NCBI RefSeq assembly: GCF_001194135.2
Contig: NC_068991.1
Span: 77,682,630 to 77,746,438 of the forward strand
Direction of reading: 5' to 3'
DNA length: 63,809 bases
DNA from: Octopus bimaculoides
Lineage: Eukaryota
The notes beneath the pieces were generated by a model. It saw only the letters and a list, made by a program, of their open reading frames with translations. It ran no database searches and was not told the origin of the DNA. This document shows, in pieces, positions 1 to 12,917 of the stretch. Each line of letters begins with the position of its first letter. Position 1 is the stretch's first letter. The position numbers and the translations under genes were made by a program.

Positions 1-584
1 CATATATATATATACATATATATATACATCGAACCATGTAATCTACACTCTAGAAAACATATTTCTGTAAAATGGTGGGGGTGGGTAAAATTTCCGAGGG
101 CTCCACCCCATCCCAACCCCCGTTTTCCCTACAAAAAAGTGTTTTGTGACATATTAAGTCACCGTAATTCATTCAACGAAAAAAAAGGGGGGGGGGGGTT
201 CTGAACCATCCCCCTTTACTGAACAAAAATAAGGGGTTTGCACCACATTAGGAGGTTAATGTACTTGGTTCAACGCAAAAATCCGAGGTTTTTTTGACTA
301 AGCCACAAAAACAAGCAACAGCCACAACAGCAACAATAACAAAATTCAGTCAAGATGTCCTGTTATTAGTTATTTGTTTGCATTTCATATTATATTTTGG
401 AATATAAAGTGGTTGATGCTACGAAAAGCAACGACATCAAGAAACTGTGCCAAAAACTGGAATGTATGAGCGAGACATGGATCATGGAAGGAAGGCAGCA
501 GCTCTGAATAAGGACAGACTCAGATCCATGACAACCCATCCAACACATGCCAGCATGGAAAGCAGATGTAAAAGGACAATCATA

Positions 585-608
585 ATGATGGCAATGACGA
601 TGGTGATA

Positions 609-656
<48 letters not shown>

Positions 657-672
657 GTGGTGGTGATGATGG

Positions 673-722
<50 letters not shown>

Positions 723-972
723 GTGATGATGGTGATGAGGACGACGATGAAGATGATGATGATGATGATGATGATGATGACGACGACGACGACGACGATG
801 ATGATGAGGAGGAGGAGGAGGAGGAGGAAGAGGACAATGATTATGATGATAATCATAGCAACAATGATGATTATAACAACAGCAATGAAAAGTATAACAT
901 TGATAATGATGATGATGATGATGATGACAGCGACAACAACAATGACAAAAATAGTGATGATGATGATGATGT
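585..972. repeat. compound (GAT)n/(GAC)n/(GAG)n microsatellite following an RTE-like 3' tail
   Basis: Long GAT runs with GGT/GAC/GAG interruptions; preceded by ...ccaacacatgccagcatggaaagcagatgtaaa, a variant of the tail seen at 6850-6905 and 40000-40060. Confidence 0.9.
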
Positions 973-1144
973 GTAAAGCATGTTGTCACTGGTTCAATCA
1001 CTGTTACGCTACGTTTCTATTAGTGAGAGAAACAAAAGAATGTCCATGTAACTTGGCCACAAAAGAAAATGATAACAAAAGAGTATTTTTGTTTGAATGC
1101 ACCAGTTTATTGGTTTTGCCATTAAATTTTATAATTTTCAAAAG

Positions 1145-1465
1145 CATACATACATAAATACATACACACATACAGCCATACACATGTACATACATATATA
1201 CATGCACATGTACGTACATACACACAGGCATACATTCATACATACATACATACATGCATACATACACAAACATATATACATACATACATACGTACAAACA
1301 TACATAGTACATACACACATGCATACATTACATACATACACACATACACACACATACATACATAGATACACACATACATACATACATACATACATAAATG
1401 CATACACACACACACATTCACACATACATAACGTACATGCATACATACGTACAAACATACATAGT
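1145..1465. repeat. degenerate (TACA)n/(CA)n microsatellite
   Basis: Continuous catacata/cacaca low-complexity tract. Confidence 0.9.
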
Positions 1466-2759
1466 CTATGAGAGCAGCCACTCCCAATAAGAAATGATTC
1501 CGATTGTGATAACCTGTCCAATTCAGGCAAGCATTGAAGCCACCATAAAAATGGCAATGATGATGATGATGATGATGATGATGATATTCAAGTTTACTGG
1601 CTGTTGTTGAATATTTTAAAGTCCCATAAAATCAAACTTCCTGCTGATAACATATGAATATATATATTTATACGAAGCTCAATTTTTAATGCAATACATT
1701 CGCATAGCAATAGGAAGAGTATACCTCAGTAAAAAGAAGCCAAACCAAAGCCAAAACATATAACCACATAATATACACAACCACAAAGAGTGACCGTTTC
1801 TTGTTGCATGCATCACATGGCAAAATGATTGCAACGAGTGGTGCAATGTTATCCTCCAATCCATTCCAGCAAAGAATAACAGATTGGCATTAAATTTAGA
1901 AACTTATTTTAATTAAGATTTCTTTGGTTTTTATGTAGAAACTCATTGTGGTTGTATATTCAGGGTTGTTTTAAATTCCAACAGACATGGCGTTCATTGA
2001 TGTTAACCTGTGAATATATGAACGTTTAATACGATCAATACTTATGTAACCGAAAGCTTATGAGGTGGATAGTCTGTAGGTACATAAAGTTAATCAAAGC
2101 AATTCTGATGCAAACCATCGCATCGTGTGGAATGGTGTGAGGAGGTGTAGAATGGTGTGTGTGTGTATGTGTGTTCTATGTCCAATATGTCTAAACACAA
2201 ACAACCAGACACAGCTGCAGTACCACCATTCATTATTCCAAGGATTCTCTGATACTCTGCCTCCAGAGAAAAACACTAAATTCTTTCAACCATACTTAAC
2301 AGGCAACAGAATTGGTAAAGAGAGAGGGAAAAAAAATAAAAGTGAGAATCTTTTGGTGAGTCATAGTAGCAAGACCGAATAATCTTTCAGAGGAATTAAT
2401 AAAAGCAGGAGTGAATTTCTACATGGCTGCTTGATTTGCAAGAAATAGTAACCAAATCTCTTTCAAGCCAAGCCCTGCAGAATTGTAAACAAAGGATGCA
2501 GGATAACCTTAAAAATATGGTTGGAAGACTTTTCATCATAAGTCTGCTTAATGAAAGCTGACCTAAAGCCAAACAATGGCTAAATATTGTCAAAACAATA
2601 AGGGAGTAGCTATATGGATCCTTAGATTGCTAGAAATAGCAGTTAAATTTACCTTACGCTACTCACCACATGCTTCAAAATTGAAAGAATATTTGGGATA
2701 AGTAATCCTAGATACACTACAACCTGGAAAATAGGCAAAATGGTCACTTAGCTTGACCA

Positions 2760-3157
2760 GTCTTCTCCAGCACAGCATATCGGAAAGTGTCTTAGTCACT
2801 AGTCATTGCCTCTGTGAGGCCCAAAGTTCAAATATCATGCCTCACCACCTTGTCCCATGTCTTCCTGGGTCTACCTCTACCACAGGTTCCCTCCACAGTT
2901 AAAGATCAGCACTTCTTTACACAGCTGTCCTCGTCCATACTCATCACATGACCATACCAGTGCAATCATCTCTCTTGCACAACACATCTGATGCCTCTTA
3001 TGTCCAACTTTTCTCTCAAGATGCTTACACTCTCTTGAACATGCACACTGACATTGCACATCCAGCGAAGCACACTAGTTTCATTTCTTTCAAGCCTACA
3101 CATGTCCTCAGCTGTCACAGCCCATGTTTCACTGCCATGTAGCATAGCTGTTCGCAA
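2760..3157 (-). mobile_element. RTE-clade LINE, 3' end of ORF2 (degenerate)
   Basis: Minus strand reads AMLHGSETWAVTAEDMCRLERNETSVLRWMCNVS, then RLHWYGHVMSMDEDSCVKKC*SLTVEGTCGRGRPRKTW: the LYGSETW, W.GHV and RGRGRP..TW motifs of the RTE C-terminus, with stops. Confidence 0.88.
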
Positions 3158-3632
3158 GACCTACTACTAGTAAGCATATAAGCCAGTATAAGTATATCTA
3201 GGACTACATTGTGCAATAACGTATCACTCAATATTTTCGCAAGGTAGTGCAACATATTCCAGAAGGAATTTGCCTGGGACCTCCTTTAATCAAATGACTG
3301 TATAAAAGTTCCGACATCATATTATTTTAAAATTGTTATAAGGTTGTGTATTGGAAGAATCGTAGGAGCATCAGACAAAATACCTTGTGACATTTGTTCT
3401 GGATCTTTGCAGTGAAAGTTCAAATCCTACTGGAGTCAACCTTTGCTTTTTACCCTTCCCTTCCAGGGTCATTGAAATAAAATGCCAGTCAAGTACTGGG
3501 GTAATTCAAGCAGCACCCCGCCCCCCTTCCCAAATTTCTAACTCTTTGTATTCAAGTTCTTCTGAAACAGTCTTTTGTCTTTTATCTTTTCAGAGTTAAT
3601 AAAACAAAGTACCAGTCATCTACTGGAGTTAA

Positions 3633-3934
3633 TTTAGCCCTTTTGGTACCAACCCACATGAGATCATCCCTGATTCTATAATACAAAGTTTGTGTTTTAA
3701 ATTGATCCAAAATAAAACCTTCCATCAAAATTTAATTGTGATTAATGTTCCAAAAACACCAGATTCATAATGACTGTGTTCTTTTTAAAGGGATCAAATT
3801 TTAAACCTTTCATTAAAATTCCATCTTAATTTATGTTCCCAACTCAGTGATTTTACTGAATTCCTCATTACTTCCAAAATTAATTGAAGCAATGGCCGTG
3901 TATTTCAACAGGAAGAGGATAACAAAAGGGCCAA
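3633..3934. mobile_element. non-autonomous MITE, same family as 37955-38180 in opposite orientation
   Basis: Imperfect terminal inverted repeats ttagcccttttggtacc / gataacaaaagggccaa; internal similarity to the reverse complement of 37955-38180. Confidence 0.55.
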
Positions 3935-3939
3935 AGAGT

Positions 3940-4110
3940 TGGCCCTTAACCACCAGATATCTGGCACTTTCCATTCTGAGTTCAAATCCTGCTGAAGCCA
4001 AATTCTGTCCTTCATTTTTCTGGAGTCCATAAAATAAAGTACTGGTCAAGTACTGGAGTCAGTTTTACCTGCTGCCCCCCCCCACCCCAACTCCACCATC
4101 CACCCAATTT
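3940..4110 (+). mobile_element. tRNA-derived SINE (family B), degenerate
   Basis: B-box-like attctgagttcaaatcc followed by the family body (ccttcattttt...aaataaagtactggtcaagtactgg). Confidence 0.6.
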
Positions 4111-4974
4111 CTGACCTTTGAACTTACAAATAAAACCAGTCATTTTAGAGTTTTTAGTGTTCTCTCCTTGCAGTTGCTGTTGTTGTTGCAATGTCCCTGT
4201 GGTCAATGTCACAGTTAGTGAGTTAATGGTTGTGGTGGCAGCGGAGGTGGTGGTGGTGGCAGCGGNNNNNNNNNNNNNNNNNNNNNNNNNNNNNNNNNNN
4301 NNNNNNNNNNNNNNNNNNNNNNNNNNNNNNNNNNNNNNNNNNNNNNNNNNNNNNNNNNNNNNNNNNNNNNNNNNNNNNNNNNNNNNNNNNNNNNNNNNNN
4401 NNNNNNNNNNNNNNNNNNNNNNNNNNNNNNNNNNNNNNNNNNNNNNNNNNNNNNNNNNNNNNNNNNNNNNNNNNNNNNNNNNNNNNNNNNNNNNNNNNNN
4501 NNNNNNNNNNNNNNNNNNNNNNNNNNNNNNNNNNNNNNNNNNNNNNNNNNNNNNNNNNNNNNNNNNNNNNNNNNNNNNNNNNNNNNNNNNNNNNNNNNGG
4601 TGGTTGTGGTGGTGGTGGTTGTGATGGTTGTGGTGGTGGTGGTGGTTGTGGTGGTTGTGGTGGTGGTGGTAATAGTGGTGGTGTCATGGATGTTGTTAAT
4701 AAAATGTTTAATATTCCTTATCATGATTTTTGTTATTGTAGTTGTTTTTACTGCAGATAATTTCCCTGATTTTTTTTTTGTATTTTAGCCAATGTGTTTG
4801 TTGCTTTTTTTTTATTGCATTTCTTATTTAATTATTTTTGTTTTGCTATTAAATGTTTTGTTTGTTTGTTTATAAATGTGTTTTGAATTTCTCCAACCAA
4901 CATTTTACAGTTGACAGTTTAGGATTTAATTTTCTACATTTTCAATGTTCTAATAAACTATTATTAAATGAAAT

Positions 4975-5235
4975 TACATCATCATCATCATCATCATCAT
5001 TGTCATCATCATCAACATCATCATCATCATCGTCATCGTCATCATCATCATTATCATCGTCGTCGTCGTCGTCATCATCATCATCATCCTCATCACGGTC
5101 ATTATTGTTATTGCTGTTGTTACTACTACCACTACCACAAAACTACCACAACAACAACTAACACTACTACTGCTACCACTGCTGCTGCTGCTGTTGCTGT
5201 TGTTGTTGTTGTTACTGTGGTTGCTGCTGCTGGCT
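4975..5235. repeat. compound trinucleotide microsatellite (CAT, CGT, ACT, GCT, GTT)
   Basis: Direct reading. Confidence 0.9.
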
Positions 5236-5689
5236 ATCGATGTATTTTTGCCATCAGAAGTGACAGTTGGTGTCAATCATTTTTCTTTAAATGAATTTTC
5301 CTTATAGCTATACAAATTTTGGTTCCGTATCATCAGCCGTTCTTATTTATCGGTGAGGAGGTGCGGCGGGGGAATGGAGTGTCATTGTTGCACAGCAAAA
5401 AGTCAAATTCAGTAACCTCTATGTATTCTTCAATAATGAATTGTGCTATTTGGCTTAAGTTTCGTAAATACAAAACAAACAAACAAAACAAAAAAATACA
5501 ATCTATCAAAATTGATGGAAGAATTGTCTCCTTTTGGTTACCAAACATGAAATCCCACTCCTTTTTGATGTAAGAGAACCTTAAGATATTGATTTGCTAG
5601 AAATATCAGCTAAATTCCTCTCAAATTAAATTTTTACAAGAAGGACACATGGGATGAAGTGGTTGAGGTAAAAAAATGATGGTTAACAT

Positions 5690-5867
5690 CAGGTGTGGCT
5701 ATGTGGCAAGATGTTTGTTTTCCAACCACAAGGTTCTGGGTTCGGTCCCACTTCAGGGTACCTTGAGCAAGTGTCTTCTACTAAAGCCTCAAGCCAACGA
5801 AAGCCTTGTGAGTGGATTTGGTAGACAGAAGCTGAAAGAAGCCCATTGTATATAGATATGTGTGTGT

Positions 5868-5929
<62 letters not shown>

Positions 5930-6125
5930 ACCCCACTACAGTTTGAACTGGTGTTGGTGTGTTTACATCCTCATAACTTAGTGGTTCAGCAAAAGAGGCT
6001 GACAGATTAAGTACCTGGTTTTACAAAAATAATAAAAATAAGTACCTGGGTGAATTTGTTTGACTAAAATTCTTCAAGGTGGTGCTCCAGCATGGCCACA
6101 GTCGAATATCTGAAGCAAATAAACA
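5690..6125 (+). mobile_element. tRNA-derived SINE (family A) with internal (GT)n
   Basis: Aligns by eye to the full-length copy at 58452-58835: head ggctatgtggcaag...gggttcggtccc, body gcaagtgtcttctact, tail gtggtgctccagcatggccacagtc. Confidence 0.85.
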
Positions 6126-6479
6126 ATAAAAGACAAAAGGCAAACATTCTAAAGAAATGCTTCTTAATAATGGTTATTCCACATTGGGTTGCTTCTTGTG
6201 TATTTCCAGTTATTTTCCGAGCTTTACAAGGATTTCAAAAAAGGAAGAACCCATATTAAGTAAGCAAATGCAAACATCAATTCTCACTCCTAAGCTATTA
6301 TCTTCCAAGGTTAACGTTATTAGCATCTCCAATATGTCAGCTTGAAGGTAGATTGCTGTTTTTGTTGTGGTTGCTGTTTAACCTTAGACCATTTCTAATC
6401 TTTACTATAACAATCCTGTCTTTTTTATTCTCTTATTCTCTTTTGTATCAGGAATGGTGTATTGGAACATTAAAAGCAC

Positions 6480-6905
6480 ATTTGAGCATGATCGTTGCCA
6501 GGGCCATGGATTGGCTCCCGTGCTGGTAGCATGTAAAAACACCATTTTGAGCGTGATTGTTGCCAGCATCACCTTACCGACACATGTGCCGGTGGCGTGT
6601 GAAAAACAACATTCAAGCATGGTTGTTGCCAGTGCCTCCTGACTGGCTCTTGTGCTGGTGGCATGTAAAAAACACCTTTTGAGCGTGGTCGTTGCCAGAA
6701 CTGCCTGACTGGCCCTTGTGCCGGTGGCATGTAAAAGCATTCACTACACTCTCAGAGTGGTTGGCATTAGGAAGGGCATCCAGCTGTGGAAACTTTGCCA
6801 GATCAGATTGAGCCTGGTGCAGGCTTCTGGCTCACCAGTCGTCAGTGAAACTGTCCAACCCATGCCAGCATGGAAAGCGGACGTTAAACGATGATGATGA
6901 TGATG
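6480..6905 (+). mobile_element. RTE-associated 3' tail repeat with internal ~60-nt tandem units, ending in (GAT)n
   Basis: About four units of tgctggtggcatgtaaaaa.acc..ttgagcgtg..gttgccag, then ggttggcattaggaagggcatccagc...ccaacccatgccagcatggaaagcggacgttaaacgatgatg. Confidence 0.75.
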
Positions 6906-7831
6906 TATATATATATTGTTAGCATTTGGGAGTATTAGTTGTTTTAATTTCAGAAAATTTTAAATGCTGTTGTTCTAATTTCAATTTATTAAGGATGAAA
7001 ATGTAATTAAAATTGCAAACAAAATCTATTTATTCAATTTAAATGCAAACGAAATATATTTACATCCAAAAAAATGCTTCAGCAGACTGCCCCCCCCCCN
7101 NNNNNNNNNNNNNNNNNNNNNNNNNNNNNNNNNNNNNNNNNNNNNNNNNNNNNNNNNNNNNNNNNNNNNNNNNNNNNNNNNNNNNNNNNNNNNNNNNNNN
7201 NNNNNNNNNNNNNNNNNNNNNNNNNNNNNNNNNNNNNNNNNNNNNNNNNNNNNCTCTGATGTCCAAAACCTTTAAAAAAACCAAAGACTTCTTTTTATTC
7301 TTTTATTTTTTTCTAAAAGTCATATAATAATTCGTAAGAAGGAGCTTTAAAACATCCATGTTCAAATTACTACATGTCACTTATTTGCCACCCACTCATG
7401 TCTGTCCTCATCTGTGATTTCTGCATTGTCAATGGCTTCCGTTTTATGTTTTTTTAAAAACTCAGATTTCTCTCTGAAATGAATTTCTCTTGTCCAACGT
7501 AATCCTTTCAAATCTTCCATTTGGCCATATTCCACTTTGTCTGCTACATTCATTCTTTGATATGTTTATTTATTTTATGTATTTATTTATTTGGTTCTTT
7601 TTAGTTCACCTTTTTTTTTTTTTTTATCTTTTGCTTGTTTCAATCATTGGAATGTGGCCATGCTGGGGCACCACATCAAAAGGTTTTAGTCAAACAGATT
7701 GACTCCAGCACTTATGCTTTCTTTTAAGGTTAGTACTTCCTGTACCAGTCTGTTTTGCTGAACCGTTAATTTAACAGGACATAAACAAACCATCACTGCT
7801 TCTCAAGCGTGGGAAGTGGGGGCGGACTCAA

Positions 7832-7880
<49 letters not shown>

Positions 7881-8040
7881 TGTCTCTGTGTGTGTGTATG
7901 TGTGTATGTGTGTGTGCATGGTTGAATTTGGTAAATGGTAATTATGTGTGTTCTTTGAAAGTGTAAAGTGTAACTAAGAAGCAATTTAACTAATTTACAA
8001 AATTTTCTGACGATCATCAAATCCTTTTTATTCCTTTTTA

Positions 8041-8535
8041 TTTAAACTGCAAGAGCAACAAATGATATTACAGCAACAAATACTGTAATTACTGAAGCCA
8101 TCAGCACAGTCAGGAAAAGTGTTCTCGCCAGACTGAGTCACAAACTCCATAACAGAATTCAAATATGAACCTGAGGAAGAAATTACCTTTGAAGCATACG
8201 ACGGAAGATATGAGAAAATCTTCAAGAAAGACTGTAAAGATTGGGACGATGAGAGGAAGACATGCGTAATCTTGAGAAAACTGGCAGCAACAGAACATGA
8301 ACAATACAGTAATTAGGGACTCCCAGGAAGACGTTTGGACATAAACTTTAGTGAAACAATAAATATATTGTGTAAAGTTTTCACTGAAAAAAGCTGATTG
8401 TTCAACTCACATTGGAAGTGTCTGGACAAAGAGAAAAACAACGATGAGGATTATATCACAAATGCTCATAGAGTAAAGAGGGAAAGCGAGAAGTTTAAAC
8501 TGGACGAATTAACACCAGATATGTTCAAATGCCTC
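8041..8535 (+). mobile_element. Ty3/Gypsy gag remnant (pseudogenised)
   Basis: Reads ...EFKYEPEEEITFEAYDGRYEKIFKKDCKDWDDERKTCVILRKLAATEHEQYSN*...LFNSHWKCLDKEKNNDEDYITNAHRVKRESEKFKLDELTPDMFKCL, matching the invertebrate Gypsy (K02A2.6-like) Gag pattern; four in-frame stops. Confidence 0.8.
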
Positions 8536-9394
8536 ACAAGAAGAGAAATGAGAATGAGTTTACTTATAACAGTCATAGATGTGAATTAGGTTCAATCCTA
8601 ACGGTAATTAACTTGTTTGGCACAAGTTGGAGATATTCTAAAATTCCTTTTCTGTTAAAAAAAGAACATTAATAATAATAATAAATTTTGTCGTTTAACT
8701 CTCAACCACAATGAGAAAGAAATTTATTTTTCCACTCTGAACTGGCCTCATCATATCTTACTGTCCAACAAGGTTAAAGAACAATTTATTTTAAAATAAG
8801 GAAAATTATTCCATTGTTTTTCTCAGGGCCAGGGGTTAAATCAGAGAAAATGATGTAACATGACAAATTATTCAATTACTTTTGAGAGCCAGAGAAGTTA
8901 CCTAACATCATTAAATATGCATATCTGCAACATTCATGTTTAGAAAATGTAATAACGGTTCATGTTATTTTATTCTGTTCTGGTTTCTGATTGTATTTTC
9001 CGTTGAGTTTACGGCCATAATATGGAAGATCTCCCTGCTGAGATCTATCCAGTGCTTTGGTGAGAGATTTAACCTTGAGTTACCTTCTTTGGCCGGTGAA
9101 AGCAATTGAATAAATTGGCATATGTTACTGTGTTTTCTCTCGTATAAAATACTGGTCCATTAGGGGAAGTGAATTATTTCTCTTACTTTAGAAGAAATAG
9201 TTATTTAATTTTGTTGGATGAGGAAGCAACATTAGACCAAATTAGAATTTTTCTTATTTAACTTCTAGCTCTGAGGGGAAAAAAACTAATTTCTTTTATT
9301 TTAGAATAAATTATTCAATCCTGTCAAATTGCAAGAAAACATCAGCCCAGATCGGACAAAGTCTATTTCTTTGTGATTCATAGTTAAATAAACC

Positions 9395-9620
9395 TTTCTA
9401 CTATAGGCACAAGGCCTATATCAATTATAGCACCCCCAATATTTAACTGGTACTTATTTTCTCAACTCCTGTTCTTAACTGGTGCTTATTTTATTGACCC
9501 TGAAAAGATAAAAAGCAAAGTTGATCTTGGTGAGATTTGAACTCAAAAACATGAAGATGGATGAAATGCCACGGAGCATTTTGTCCAGAATGCAAACAAT
9601 CCTACCAGCTCACCACCCTA
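9395..9620 (-). mobile_element. tRNA-derived SINE (family B)
   Basis: ctactataggcacaaggcct...actggtacttattt...gaccctgaaaag...gatttgaactca; related copies near 21960-22130, 25965-26070, 38280-38410, 39560-39760, 46190-46400 and 62380-62790. Confidence 0.7.
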
Positions 9621-9984
9621 ATAATAGTTAATTAATAATTAGTCAAGTGATGTTCCTTACATAGGCACAAGACAGAAATTAGGTGGTAGTGGGGGGAGGG
9701 TTATTTATTTGTTTCTTTTTTTAACCAAAAACAACAACAAAAAACTGCTGGTCTGGACCAAATAAGCAAATTGCAGCTGGTGGTTCTGAAAGTTGGGTTA
9801 ATATAAAGTTTAGAGGCTTAAAAATATGGACATAAATTGACTGGAGGTGACAACAGTGAAATCTGATAATCTAATATAAACAAATCTATGTAAAATAAAC
9901 CAATTTAAAGAACATGGACAGGAACAATGCCACCACATCCCATTAGTTCTTTTCTATTCAGCTCAGTAGTATTCTTTTATTCTT

Positions 9985-10350
9985 TTATTAGTTTCAGTCA
10001 TTTGACTGCGGCCATGCTGGAGCACCGCATTTAGTCAAGCAAATCGACCCCAAGACTTATTCTCTGTTAGCTTAGTACTTATTCTATCGATCTCTTTTCC
10101 CAAACTGCTAAGTTACAAGGATGTAAACACACCAGCATCGGTTGTTAAGCGATGCTGGGGTGGGGGGAGGACAAACACACACACACACATACGACAAGCT
10201 TCTTTCAGTTTCCGTTTACCAAATCCACTCACAAGGCTTTGGTCGGCCCGAGGCTATAATAGAAGACACTTGTCCAAAGTGCCATGCAGTGGGACTGAAC
10301 CCAGAATCATGTTGTTGGTAAGCAAGTTACTTACCACACAGCCACAGGAT
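9985..10350 (-). mobile_element. tRNA-derived SINE (family A), near full length
   Basis: Reverse complement of 58452-58835 (gtcatttgactgcggccatgctggagcaccg...cttaccacacagccac). Confidence 0.9.
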
Positions 10351-10978
10351 TATAACATTGCTCACATGTAAGTGCAGTGGCTATCATGCATCGACAGGCA
10401 AACGACTGAATTTCCTTATCACTGGTGTTTTTTTGCTGGATATAGTAAGTTGGAATGGCTATTTCTCAGCTACTGTTTCTGAAGCCCTTAAAATATCACA
10501 AGAAAGGGCTATACCCAAGGGCTCCTGTTGATGCAACATAATGAAGGAGTTCTGTTAAATGAAATTCAGAGATTTCACCAGTTCTTTATGTGTTCCCCTT
10601 TTGAAATTATAAAGCGTCCCTGTTGTCGACTCCAGACAATTTACTTTCATTTTAAACCCCTAAACTGCATTAACCCCCAAAGGTACACTCTTGCTGCAGA
10701 ACAATACATAGCACATGTGTGTGTGTGTGAGTGTCTTTTACTGGCATATATTTTGGTAAAAGCGTGCGTAAAATGCAGAAACTGAATCTGGTCTCCAAAT
10801 TCTGAGTCGGTTCCTCTTCCGTTCTTTTCTTTTGAAAGATATTGAATAATTTGTTTTAGTTTACAGAACAGAAACTGAATTTGTCCTGTCGTAGAAGAGA
10901 CAGCTTGCCATTTGATTGCTTTAAATGTCTTTGATCATGAATGATAATGTTGAGGATGAGTGTTGACAACAATTATTA

Positions 10979-11160
10979 CCAATCACTGATTGTCATGCTG
11001 TCGGCTGTCGGCAAGTCTTGCACAAAACAATCAAAGAGAAATTTCATGAAATTGGCTCATACAACACATTTTTATTGTCACCAATCACAAGCAGAGAAAT
11101 TTCCACCAATCAAAGAACCCTGCTGGGAAATATAATTGAGGCTATCATTTTTCAACCAAT
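10979..11160. promoter_or_regulatory. cluster of five CCAAT boxes (possible NF-Y promoter)
   Basis: CCAAT at 10979, 11081, 11106 and 11156; ATTGG at 11051; several have NF-Y-like flanks (CCAATCAC, AGCCAAT, AACCAATGAG). No associated gene identified. Confidence 0.4.
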
Positions 11161-11212
11161 GAGAATGGCTACCATTTGGACATTCCTTTCTCTCTTTTCT
11201 TTTTCTGTTTTG

Positions 11213-11249
<37 letters not shown>

Positions 11250-12917
11250 CTTTTTGAGAACTTTTGCACTTATAAAAGTCTGGATTTCACACTTTCTTTA
11301 GGTTTGTCATGAATTCAGCAAGAAAGGACAATCAGCTTGCACACTCACTCCATTATTTCTCTCTGATTCTATTAGCGATACCTTTAACATCAGTCACACT
11401 CGTAAACGTCACTGTCAATGCGTTACTCTACTTTCCTCTGGTCCACTGCAAACAGTTAATCGTTCTTTTTTTTATTCAATAATCTTCGTACAAAGAAAAT
11501 TATTCCTACCATTCTTTTAGATGTACCTCTTTCTAGACAACAACAATCTTAAACTTTACACTAAATGTTTACCCAAATACTTGCAAACTTTTCTTTCACC
11601 GATGCTTTTTTAGCCAAAATATGTTGTTGGAATGGTAGTCATCATAAACAGCCCCAAATACAAATAAGGATGTAGAAAACAGGCAATAATTTTGCATAAC
11701 AATGATATCACATCTCTTAGAAATGAATTGGTCCATGTATCCGTTATTAAACGGTTATTTGCAGTAACAGATTTTGGAACCTCATTCAGAGCTCAAGGCT
11801 CTGATTCAGTATTTTGTCCTTTATCAATAATTATGTCATTGTTCATTTGATCTCCATCAGCTAATAGACCCCCTTCATTATCAGGAATCCTATCTGTATC
11901 ACCCTTTGCTTGAGATATAAATCCATTTTGTTGAAGTTCTTCATTTCATTTGCATCAACACCAAACTGGAGCCCACAGTTTCATAGAACATTATTCACAG
12001 TGACTGTGTTTGTCTGAGCATCGAAGCTGATGGACAAACAGATCTTCCTGAGACAGGGTTTGTCTGATAACACCAATGCATGCAACTGAAATATGGATCT
12101 GAAGAATCTTTTACAAGGTGAGTTTGCTTTCAAATCCATTTTAACATTAGTGACCGTTCTTTTTTTTTTTTCAGCAATTCCATTTGATTTTTGATGTTAT
12201 GGAGTCATTTTGATCTTATGAAGCCATGTACACAAAACATCAGGAAATTCATAGGTATTATCTGTTAGTAATTCTTTTCTGAAACAACATTTCTAGCAAA
12301 CACAGACCCTAATACCTACCTAACCATTTCTGCTTCTTTATTCTAAATTCTTATGACCACAGGTCAACCTAGGCGTCAACAAGTATTAAGAGCAAATCCT
12401 CAATTCTTGAGATAAGCATGATCCCTAGGTACACATATCCATGCTTTAATTTCTTTAGGTCTTATATGCCCTGTGTGAGGGATTTCTGATTTTATTCTAG
12501 TCTATATTAGACATCTTCTTTCGTATCTTATTGTTCCACATCTTTATGGTTACCTAGTCAACATACTTCTGACTTCAGCTGATTCCTTATTGTTGCTGAA
12601 CCACAATGTGTATGCTGCACATATTTTACCATAAATATTCTCAGTCTGGTGGAACAATTAATTTTGCCTTACACAAGATAGGATCATCAACTGTTAACAT
12701 AATTTTCAAGGACTTAATTGGCCTTTCAAAAACAGTACACTTGCTCCAATTATATTAGATAAAATATTATCCTTAACAGTTTCCAATATTTCAGTTTCTA
12801 CAAGATTAATTAAAAAAAAAATCGCCATTGTCATTATGTTCACTTCCTCCAACATTATCAATGAATTCCAGTTGGAATAATACATCAACACATAATATTT
12901 CAAAGGTGTTTCCCTGA

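Noticed and set aside
390-1557. Long ORFs of poly-H/M/D/I/S and TH/YI/CV dipeptides here and throughout (e.g. 25329-25857, 31896-32441, 33140-33545, 42962-43708, 44168-44736, 47399-47809)
   Set aside because: They are translations of tri- and dinucleotide microsatellites, open in several frames and on both strands, with no splice or domain support.
5333-5548. Minus-strand ORF ending IEEYIEVTEFDFLLCNNDTPFPRR
   Set aside because: No convincing acceptor or start, and no recognised homology.
12001-12123. Apparent plus-strand exon (acceptor at 12000, ATG MDLKNLLQ, donor AAG|GTGAGT)
   Set aside because: It lies antisense within the Gypsy integrase relic, so the splice-like signals are probably coincidental.
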